Assembly (NCBI RefSeq): GCF_003918875.1
Contig: NW_025767045.1
Coordinates: 496,001 to 560,000, forward strand
Reading direction: 5' to 3'
Source of the DNA: Haliotis rubra
Taxonomy: Eukaryota
Length of the DNA: 64,000 nt
Of this stretch, positions 26,700 to 38,800 are shown in pieces. The notes under the pieces are model-generated. The model made no database searches. It saw only the letters and a program-made list of their open reading frames with translations, and was not told the DNA's origin. Positions within the stretch are counted from its first letter, which is position 1, and every line of letters starts with the position of its first letter. A program made the translations under genes and the position numbers.

Positions 26700-27474
26700 A
26701 GGCAGTGAGGAATTAGGGATTATTATCCCAGACGATGGTACCAGAAACATGTAGTCTGTTATTCGGAGTGTGTTGCTTGCTATTTTACCCATAGTGCTTT
26801 TGAAACAAACTTTATGAACATGAATGCTTGCAAGAGACGTCTGATCATTGAATCCATTATTGTAACAATGAGACAAACATTCTTCAGGGACATAGCAGAC
26901 AGTGGGTGATTCAATTACCGGTATTGAAAACAAATACTATTATGTTTTTGTTTGAGGAGATCGCTTTTCAATCGAAATATTGCTCAAGAATTTAGTCTTC
27001 ATTATCCTGCTCCCTTTCGATTTTCAGTATGACAAAATGACAGTAAATATTCCAGACGAACAGCTTATAGAGTTCATATCTATGTCCTTAGTGCAATATT
27101 TATCATGCTAATATGAATATATTTTATTGTTCTTTGTTACACACTATACTTTTCAGAAATAAAAAATTAAAATAGAGTGTGTATTTTATTTTCCAACAGC
27201 CCTTTTTCCATCACATGGGTATGAAGCATGGCATACTGTTATCCATTCAAAGCTTTGCAGGTTTCAGCTCATCGAGACTATCATGCAGTTGGTGACACCT
27301 TGTACAGAGTGGAGCTAGGGAAATTGTTAATTCATCAGAATCATCAAGGCACAAGGCAGCAAAACTTGGATAACTTGGCAGCATACACCTGAGTTACCAT
27401 GACAACACACTGACGTTCCTGTGTGATCATGACCATGTGTGTATAAACCTGGATTACCAGGACAACACACATAC

Positions 27475-29052
27475 ATGCCTGGGTTGTCATGACAGCATGC
27501 ATGTCAATCTGGGTTACCATGACATCCTAATATCCTGCATATATACCGGTACCTGGGTTGTCATGACAGCATACATGTACATCTGGGTTACCATGACATC
27601 CTACATATATACCTGGGTTGTCATGACAGCATGCATGTACACCTGGGTTACCATGACATCCTACATATATACCTGGGTTGTCATGACAGCATGCATGTAC
27701 ATCTGGGTTACCATGACATCCTACATATATACCTGGGTTGTCATGACAGCATGCATGTACATCTGGGTTACCATGACATCCTACATATATACCTGGGTTG
27801 TCGTGGACAGCATGCATGAACATCTGGGTTACCATGACATCCTACATATATACCTGGGTTGTCGTGACAGCATGCATGTACATCTGGGTTACCATGACAT
27901 CCTACATATATACCTGGGTTGTCGTGACAGCATGCATGTACTAACATCCTGCATATATACCTGGGTTGTCATGACAGCATGCATGTACATCTGGGTTACC
28001 ATGACATCCTACATATATACCTGGGTTGTCATGACAGCATGCATGTACATCTGGGTTACCATGACATCCTACATATATACCTGGGTTGTCGTGACAGCAT
28101 GCATGTACATCTGGGTTACCATGACATCCTACATATATACCTGGGTTGTCATGACAGCATGCATGTACACCTGGGTTACCATGACATCCTACATATATAC
28201 CTGGGTTGTCGTGACAGCATGCATGTACATCTGGGTTACCATGACATCCTACATATATACCTGGGTTGTCGTGACAGCATGCATGTACATCTGGGTTACC
28301 ATGACATATCCTAACATCCTGCATATATACCTGGGTTGTCATGACAGCATGCATGTACATCTGGGTTACCATGACATCCTACATATATACCTGGGTTGTC
28401 ATGACAGCATGCATGTACATCTGGGTTACCATGACATCCTACATATATACCTGGGTTGTCGTGACAGCATGCATGTACATCTGGGTTACCATGACATCCT
28501 ACATATATACCTGGGTTGTCATGACAGCATGCATGTACACCTGGGTTACCATGACATCCTACATATATACCTGGGTTGTCGCCATGACATCCTACACAGC
28601 ATGCATGTACATCTGGGTTACCATGACATATCCTAACATCCTGCATATATACCTGGGTTGTCATGACAGCATGCATGTACATCTGGGTTACCATGACATC
28701 CTGCATATATACCTGGGTTGTCATGACAGCATGCATGTACATCTGGGTTACCATGACATCCTGCATATATACCTGGGTTGTCATGACAGCATGCATGTAC
28801 ATCTGGGTTACCATGACATCCTGCATATATACCTGGGTTGTCATGACAGCATGCATGTACATCTGGGTTACCATGACATCCTACATATATACCTGGGTTG
28901 TCGTGACAGCATGCATGTACATCTGGGTTACCATGACATATCCTAACATCCTGCATGTATACCTGGGTTGTCATGACAACATGCATGTACATCTGGGTTA
29001 CCATGACACCCGAATCATTCTGCATATATACCTGGGTTGTCATGACAGCATG
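27475..29052. repeat. Intergenic satellite, 60-bp unit (two related 30-mers)
   Basis: ACCTGGGTTGTCATGACAGCATGCATGTAC + ATCTGGGTTACCATGACATCCTACATATAT repeated between the two paralogues. Confidence 0.97.
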
Positions 29053-29855
29053 AAAACATGTATGAGAACAACACGTGTATACACCTGAATTAACATGGCA
29101 GCATACATTGTACACTTGGGCTTTCTTGTATATACAACGTCTGTCCGAGCACCAACAATAACAATAACCAGTTTACATCATTGTAATTGTCAAGATATGT
29201 ACAATACACATTTCACTAAAAATAAGTGAAAAAATACCCCATGAAATGTCTTTTAGTCGAGACAGTTTCTGTACAGAGCTGAACAAGAGCTTGAATACTG
29301 ATGAAACAAACACCAAAAATGGAATTCAAAACAATAGCTAGAATAATGGGGGAAAAGAAACGAGTGTAGACTATAGATTCTAACTTTCCAATATGAAATT
29401 GAATAAGAAAAAAATTCATATTAAACGTCATCAGGATATGACATATCCCCAGTCATGTTGAATTGACTTTTGTTCCTTACACCCCACATAGGTTCATTGC
29501 ATACTTTCAGTTCAGAGGAGAAAAAAATCCTGTTCAGTAGTTTATCTACAGATCTATACTAGACAAAATATAGTTTTTCAATCTACCATTACATAATATT
29601 GTGTGCATTTCACGTGAGTTTTAAAAAATAACTTCTTTGACTCATTAGCAAGGAAAAAAGTAAAAGATGAATCTATAAATGTACCATATATCTTTGTGTA
29701 TGAAGTCTATATAGCTGACCTATCGTGACTTGCATAAATGTACACAGTGCAAGACAGAGTTACGTCCCCTTTCAAACGATATCAACATTCATCACAAGCT
29801 GACAGCAGCTGGGAGATACCTGTTGGAGTTGAGTCGTGATGAGCGTCCGCTGATC

Positions 29856-32800
29856 ATGGCGACAGTGTCAGAGAGGCGGGAGGCAGCTGTTGTCGGTGCC
29901 CTTGTTGCTGATGCAGCTAGTGAGTATTACACCATTAAAGCACGCTGCACTTCGATCCAAGACAGTGAACTTTACGTCGTTACGTAGCCACGGAAATAAT
30001 CTGACCTTTAACCCCAAGTGGTGGTCAGCACTGGACGAGACGACTCTTATTATCTAAATGTGTATATCTACTTGATCGCATGTATTGTCAGTCACAGGGG
30101 CGGATACAGCTTTTTGATAGTGGGGGTGCAGGTACAGTTCATTTTTACCCGTTTTCACAAGAATTTCAATGGTCATTTAATACACTTACTGGTCAAAAAA
30201 AGGGGGGGGGGTGGATGCGCACCCCTGAAACTCCTATCTGGATGCGCCTTTGACTGTCACGTATTATTTTCTTGTCTGTTAAAATATTGCATTGTCATGA
30301 TATCAGTCAAAACATATTCTTTTTTTTCATGTCTGTCAAAAAGCATCGTCTTAATCTAAATGTACATTGAAGTTAGTTTGAAATAGGAAATAAAATCAAT
30401 GACTTACAGAAAATAGCAACTTTATTCTAATTTACCACAAGATCTCATGTTTTGCCTGTCAACTATTAGTAGCTTTACTGTTTAAAATATTGCATTGTCA
30501 TGAGGTCAGCCCAAATACATTTTGTTTCTCGTGTCTGTGTGAAAAAGCATGTTTTTATAAAAGAAATAGAATCAAAGACTTACAGGAAATAGGAATTTTA
30601 TTCTAATTTACCACACGATCTTTTTTGACTTATTGCAAAATTCTAATAAGATTTAGATATCGTGTAGGCTGTAGTTTGTGAAGACAGGTGCGAAAGCTGA
30701 TTTCAGGATCAGACTTATTGTAGAATGTTATGAAGACCTTAGTAGAAATGTATTCACCCACATAGTCTGTCTCATTATTTCCACTTCCACCTAGGCCCTT
30801 TCTGCAATGCAGGAACTCAATAAAGACACAGCATTAGTTCGAACTGTGACATGAATTTGGAAATTTCTACTTCCAGTTTGTTCTGTAGACATATGAATCT
30901 GTACATCTTCTGTGTACACAGTGTAGATCGATGCTCATGACTAACTGACTGAGTTTGGTTTTACGCCGCTTTTAGCAATATTCCAGCAACATCACGGCGG
31001 GGGACACCAGAAATGGGCTTCACACATTGCACCCATGTGGGGATTCGAACACCCGGGTCTTCGGTGTGACGAACCAACGCTTTAACCACTAGGCTACCCC
31101 ACCGCCCTCGATGCTCATGATGCTGATTATTTACAGAATGCTGCTACACAGCTGAAATATCGCTGAGTGCAGCATTAACCAACAAACAAATTTAACATTC
31201 TGTATTTCAGTTCAGCCCCTACACTGGATATACAATAAAGATAAGCTAGATGACACTATCAAGGACAGAGAAGATATCGAATTCTGGACACCATCAGCCA
31301 ACCCTTTCTATTGCCTGGAAACAGGCCTCAACAGTTGCTATGGTGACCAATCCTTCATCATATTGAAATCACTGGTTCAGTGCCAAGGTAATTAATGTAT
31401 TTGACAATATCACATTTCTGTGTCAAATGATTTGATAGTGTGACAAATATGAACATATTTATCATCAATATGTCACAGTTTGCGTACACTTGGATGGCTG
31501 ACATTCATGCTTGGAATATGAATATGATGAAGATTTGTTTGCCAGTATGCAACAACTTCCAAAAACTACTAAAGGACACTCAGGTGATCAGGGCCTCCTT
31601 TCACAAAGCACTAAGGTGAGTAAGTCACTAAGGTAACCTTAGTGCAATGTTAAAGAATGGGAGTTAAGGTTAACCTAAGTAAAGGTTGCTTCGTTAAAGG
31701 AGCCCCAGTGCACAATAAATGCATACAGTGGAAACCGCGTAAGTAAAGACCACTTAACTAAACATACCGGATAAGTAAATACTATTTTTTGGTCCGGCAA
31801 ATTTCTTCTTTAATTATCATTATTAGAGTCCGGTTAACTAAACTCGGATAAGTAAACAATACCGCTTAACTAAACGTCTTCTCACGGTCCCTGGAAGTAA
31901 ATTCCTTAACAAAAGCAGCCGTAAAACTAAATTAGCAATCACCACATAATCCGACAAGAGGGGTACGTGTCAGTCTTCGGCTAAACACACATCCTACTTA
32001 CAGCTCGCTAGCGTCATTTCCGGGTTTTGATAAGTTTGGATAAGTAAAATACCTGATAAGTAAACAATTTTGGCGAGTCCCTTGAAATTTTACTTATCAG
32101 GTTTATACTGTATTTGTTTGCGAGTAACCCTGAAAAGCTGCAGGCCCTAAGGACCCAGAACCATAACAAGTTGTGGGTCCTGATCAGAATGTGTAGGCCC
32201 TATATTTTAGCTACAATATAAGTAATTCTCAGCATACAAAAAAAGTGTGACAAATAACAAACTGAGTTAAAGGGTCTAATTTAGAAATTTAAGCTCGAAA
32301 TTACTGAATGATATTTCTAAAAACTAATACTCTTAGTTATTGGGGATGAAAACGTTGTCAGCCAAAACGACCTGCAGAAAACAAAAGCTGTGGGTCCAAG
32401 TGTTTTTCAGTCGGCTTCGGGCCTAAGGACTGACATTAATTTGAATGCTGGGTAGAGATGTTATAATTATCTTCCAAGTTTACACAATTAAAAGAACAAT
32501 GGTGAATTAAGCATTGTTTCTTTCGTGATCATTCATAACCCACTCTTGTTATTCCAGGAAAGTTTAATGACAGAAAGGGGTGAATGGTGATGAATGTTTC
32601 ATAATAAAACGACGTTCTTTCATGACTCCCAACTTGATGTGAAGGATCAAAACCGACTTGAAAAGTAAGCCCGCAGCAGAAGGATATTGGGGAGGTCCCA
32701 TAGGCCTGAACCAATTTCCCGAGGCCAGGGGCTTTCTTTTTCAAACAAAACAGAGTAGGAGTTTTTTATCCATCTTATGAACCGACCAAATATATACTTT

Positions 32801-35800
32801 ACATATAATAATTTTAATATTTGGTGTTTACTGTTGAAATCAACTGGGATGTGACTGGCAGCCGATACCTGGCCTTGCATGCTCAATGCACGTGCTCAGC
32901 ATGTGCTACTCATGTCCTTGCACGCGCGCTGCCCGCACTACCCGGCTTGTGAGGAACACATGATGACAAACAATCTCATTCTCCACAGCGATCCTTCGTA
33001 GCCTAGTGGATACAACCACCAAGCTAGTAAGCGAAGGGTTGCAGGTCTGAAACCAGGCATCAGTACAGTATATATTGGAATTTTTCATTAATGTGATATT
33101 TTACGATTGTAGTCAAAGCTTGTACAAGTAAAATTATTGAAAGTCAAGGGCTGTTTCTCAGAAAATCCCTGGGCAATTCCTCAGAAAATCCCGGGGACCA
33201 GGGCAGTTCTGAAGAAAGTCCTCTGGATTTCTTGGATAATGCCCATGAAACTGCCCGTAGAGGTTTACTCATTAAAAGGAGACGCTGGTGACTCAGCAGA
33301 GTGACTTTACTGGAGGGTTATAAGTCTAAATTGGACAAAGTTAGAGAGGGCAGCTAGCTGTTCCCTGGACATGAGATGTTACAGCTGGTCAATGCAGATA
33401 TAGGTGGGCACTTGTTAGTATTGTTTATTATGTTTGAGAATAGAATCTATGTACCCATTTTCACTGTTTTGATATTTGTGAGACAATTCAACGCATACCA
33501 AACCTAACCTCCCAGTTCATAATACCGACTTGTCCATATTGCTGATATCCATTTGTATTCTGGGAGTCATTATTATTTAATTAACGGTGCATTTTCTTAA
33601 ATCTTGCATAGTTTGTTAAAACCCTTAACACTGTATTGATATCTCAAGAGAATGTTAGTCACATTAACAGTACTTTTGATCATGTTTATATTTTTTTGAA
33701 TGGAAAAAATAAATCCATTTAAGAAAAAGACTTTAAGAATCTATAGTTCCAATAATCTGAGATAATGCTATGATGTGTAGCAACACAGTAACATCCAGAT
33801 TTGTTCATGTCAGTAAGATTTTTAAAAGAAGAGTGAGAAAGACCCAAGTTAAAATTTACAAAATATTTTTGAGACAGATCCACTTTTAAGGTGAGCTTGT
33901 GTACCTCTGGTACTCGGGTTGTTTTAAAATAATGTTAAATGACCCAACCAAATATGATCTGTTTTTAACCACTGTATCCATCTCACTTGACAGATGTCGA
34001 TGTAGAAGATCAGATAAGAAAGTAAGATTGTTTATGGATAACAACGTCTTTTATTATATATGATGCGATGTTTCGGTATGGATTCTTATACCGTTGTCAA
34101 GCAAGAGTGAAGTACTACAGCACAGAACAGACTTATATACATGAACAGGGATTAAGTAATAAAAAAATCCTAATCAAACAGATCATAAGAAGATCAGAGC
34201 CAAAAATTGTCTATGTATTTACCACAACACTGCAGCCGTCTCAAATGACAGATGTCGATATTGAAGACCACAACAAGGACTGGTTGGCTCGGAGTCAGTA
34301 TAATGTGTCTGAGTGGGGTATTCATGCTTCACTGCAGCATGATATCTCAGTGGGCTAGCACTATAAAACCAGCTTCAGTCTGGGCTAGTACAAGCAGATA
34401 CACATACACACGCATGCATGTCGTCAAGCATAACGTTAAACCCAATTTATCCTCACCTCACCTCGTGACGGATGTCGATATGGAAGACCACAGCCAAATA
34501 TTATCTATGTATTTACCATTGTACCAATCTCACCTGACAGGTGTTGATGTAGAAGACCAGAAGAAGGCCACCTATGACAGGTTTGGACCTGAGTCAGACT
34601 ATGAGAGTGCTGCCGGAACGAAGGAGAAGAAGTGTGAGTTTTCAACATCAGCCCATTCACTTAATTGCCGGTACTTTTAACACAAGTGAGATGACAATGT
34701 AGTGAAGCACAATTTTCCATGATTGAACACAATTTTGTCACAAGGCCATCATCCGATATATATACTGAGAGAAACAAATAAAGGATCACAGGAAAATTCA
34801 AGCGTTCCTTTAATATGTTCCAGTTTTCATCACCAGCTTTGAATAGCGCTGTGGATATGAAAACTGGAAAATAATAAAGGAACGCTTGAATTTTCCTGTG
34901 TTCCTTTATTTGTTTCTCTTTGTATAATATAAATAAATGCCGGTGTATGTTTTCCACAGTTCTATGTCATGGGGGCGGTGGGGTAGCCTAGTGGTTAAAG
35001 CATTTGCTCATCGTGCTGAAGACCTGGGTTCAATTCCCCACATGGGTACAATGTGTGAATCACATTTCTAGTGTCACCCGCCATGATATTTCTAGAATAT
35101 TGCTAAAAACCAAACTCACTCACTCACTACAGTTGTTCCATGTAATGGTGTTTATCATGTTTATAGTGACCTCAGATGACCTTCCACTGAAAGGACCATG
35201 GCGCCATGCCAGTATCAAACACTTCTTGAAGAACTTCGAGAACAAACTGGAAGAAACAGGTATTGTTGTGTTTGTCAGATAATACAAAATACTGACAGAA
35301 TATCTGCCTGCATTTAGCAGTTTATTGGTTTTATACAGAAATGGGGCAAAGAAGGATAAGGGTGTATAATTCTAGTAAATTGTCATGAATTACAGACTGT
35401 TAGACTGGAAAATACTGTTTGTCATACTTAAATGTTAAAGGAAAAGTCAGTATTGGCAAATATTTCCATGTACAAATATTTCTGTATGTGAGTCTATACT
35501 GTAGATATAAATGCATATGTCTATTAAAGTTAGGGTTAGTTCATTCTGAAACCAAGTTTTAGACCTTTCATGTTAAGTGCTGAAACTTTGATTAGAATTA
35601 CCAACAGTGTACATTGTTTTTAGTCTGTGTTTCGGTACTAAAGAGAATCCTTCATCTAACTTAAATATCCAAAGTTCCCAAATATTTTTTTCTTTCTTTT
35701 CCTCAGGATCAGAGACTGATGAGCAGATTGACTGTGTGTTGCGGATAGTGTCTGTAGTGGCGCTGTACGCAGGTCGGCCTGAGATGCTAACTCGAGTTGA

Positions 35801-38800
35801 AGATGTTTTACGTGTAACCCAGAACTTTGACACAGCTGTGTCAATCGGTCTTGCTGCCGCAAGGTGACTTCAGGGCTTTGATTTAGGAGATAAACATCAT
35901 GTGTTGGCGAATTTCCGGGTGTTATTGAGTATTTGAAGCACGGGAATTCATTTGGAACCGACGGCGTCAGCGGGGGTTTCAAATGAAATATTCCCGTGCT
36001 TCAAATGCTCAATAACACCTGGAAATTCGCCAACACATGATGTTTATCTACATTGTAAACACAAAAGTAAACCAAAAGGTCCACACACGTTTTTCATGTC
36101 TGCTCTCATTGACATCGAGTACGGGTACAGCAGTGAAATGTCATCAGCCGGCCGTTTCGGCTGTCTCCCATGGTAGAATCTGGAACTGCTCATTTGTGAC
36201 GTCATTCGGACTTTACGTCACAATATGATTTTAATGACGTCATCACAGCTGACGACGTAACAATACAATAGTGTGAGCGATGTTTGTATGTATTAATACA
36301 AAGTAAAATTGCCGGGAATCAAATACCATTTGATCACGTTTTTCAACCAATCAGATTAAAGAACACAGTGACTTTTGGTTTACAATCTCCAATATTGTCT
36401 GTTAGCCTGCAAAACGTTGTCCTATTTTGAAGTACAAATATATATGTAGATGTTAATATATGCTGTTGTACTTTTGAAAGGAATATTTTTATCATTCCCC
36501 GATAAACAAACTCATTCTCATAATAACATATTATTTTATTATCGCCTTCAAAAACTGAGTTAAAGAATGCCCCACCCCCACCCCCACCACAAACACACAC
36601 ACCTTGTCCACAAAATATATTTCTTTTTGGTAGTTTTTATTAACAACAAATTCACAAAATGTGATGTATGGTTTTAGAATCCTTGAATCCTACATTCTCC
36701 ATGGACCGAGTCCGAATGTTGTTGAGGAGGTTGTCACCCAGTTAGAGGATCCCCACAGAAACGCCCCTCAGGACCTCGATCGGGCGATTGTTGGTTTCCT
36801 CAAAGAGGTCAAGGCCTGTACAGACAAGCAGCACTACACGGTTGTCACCGAGAAATTCAGAAAAGACTGACGTAAGCCTTGCCACTGACTGGTTCTACAT
36901 TGCATGGGAATGTTACCTCTGGTTCGAGATTATCAGGTTAAATGACCACTAGTTCTATGTTACATGGGGATGTTACCTCTGGTTCGAGATTATCAGGTTA
37001 AATCACCACTGTTTCTACATTACATGGGAATGTTACCTCTGGTTCGAGATTATCAGGTTAAATGGCCACTAGTTCTACGTTACATGGGAATGTTACCTCT
37101 GGTTCGAGATTATCAGGTTAAATGGCCACTGGTTCTACGTTACATGGGAATGTTACCTCTGGTTCGAGATTATCAGGTTAAATGGCCACTGGTTCTACAT
37201 TACATGGGAATGTTACCTCTGGTTCGAGATCATCAGGTTAAATCACCACTGGTTCTACATTACATGAGAATGTTACCTCTGGTTCGAGATCATCAGGTTA
37301 AATCACCACTGGTTCTACATTACATGAGAATGTTACCTCTGGTTCATGAGAATGTTACCTCTGGTTAAATTACATGAGAATGTTACCTCTGGTTCGAGAT
37401 TATCAGGTTAAATCACCACTGGTTCTACATTACATGAGAATGTTACCTCTGGTTCGAGATTATCAGGTTGAATTACCACTAGTTCTACATTACATGAGAA
37501 TGATAGCTCTGGTTCAAGATTATCAGGTTGAATTACCACTGGTTCTACATTACATGAGAATGTTACCTCTGGTTTGAGATTATCAGGTTAAATCACCACT
37601 GGTTCTACATTACATGAGAATGTTACCTCTGGTTCGAGATTATCAGGTTGAATTACCACTGGTTCTACATTACATGAGAATGATACCTCTGGTTCAAGAT
37701 TATCAGGTTGAATTACCACTGGTTCTACATTACATGAGAATGATACCTCTGGTTCGAGATCATCAGGATAAATCACCACTGGTTCTACATTACATGGGAA
37801 TGTTACCTCTTGTTTGAGATTATCAGGTTGAATTACCACTGGTTCTACATTACATGGGAATGTTACCTCTGGTTCGAGATCATCAGGATAAATCACCACT
37901 GGTTCTACATTACATGGGAATGTTACCTCTTGTTCGAGATTATCAGGTTGAATTACCACTGGTTCTACATTACATGGGAATGTAACCTTTGGTTCGAGAT
38001 CATCAGGATAAATCACCACTGGTTCTACATTACATGGGAATGTTACCTCTGGTTCGAGATTATCAGGTTGAATTACCACTGGTTCTACATTACATGGGAA
38101 TGTTACCTCTGGTTCGAGATTATCAGGTTGAATCACCACTGGTTCTACATTACATGAGAATGTTACCTCTGGTTTGAGATTATCAGGTTGAATTACCACT
38201 GGTTCTACATTACATGGGAATGTTACCTCTGGTTCGAGATCATCAGGTTAAATTACCACTGGTTCTACATTACATGAGAATGTTACCTCTGGTTCGAGAT
38301 TATCAGGTTGAATCACCACTGGTTCTACGTTACATGGGAATGTTACCTCTGGTTCGAGATTATCAGGTTGAATCACCACTGGTTCTACGTTACATGGGAA
38401 TGGTACCTCTGGTTCGAGATTATCAGGTTGAATCACCACTGGTTCTACGTTACATGGGAATGTTACCTCTGGTTCGAGATTATCATGGCATATTTCCACT
38501 GAATCGTGGTTATCAATACTCGTAACATCACTTTCTGTCAGCAACTAGCACCGACTCACATCACTAAAGACATGCTGAATTGTTATACAAAAGTGAATGC
38601 ATAGTTTTGTACATCATTGTCCAATGATAGATAGCATCATGTGACTTCACAATGTTTCCAGATTTGCCAGGGGCCTTCCAGTCGGCCCTGCACGGCGTGT
38701 TGACGGGTACCGATTACGTCGGCGCCATCCACACCACCATGAGAGTAGGAGGCTGCAACGCTTCACGTGGAGGATTCATTGGGGCGTGTTTTGCAGCACA

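Noticed and set aside
27437-29115. His/Cys-rich or repeat-protein ORFs
   Set aside because: Translations of the 60-bp satellite. The same applies to ORFs at 36964-38544, 43352-44485 and 56526-57435.
36868-36870. TGA as a genuine stop or pseudogene lesion
   Set aside because: A strong donor follows, two more exons remain intact and homologous to the paralogue, the paralogue has Cys here, and a SECIS candidate is present.
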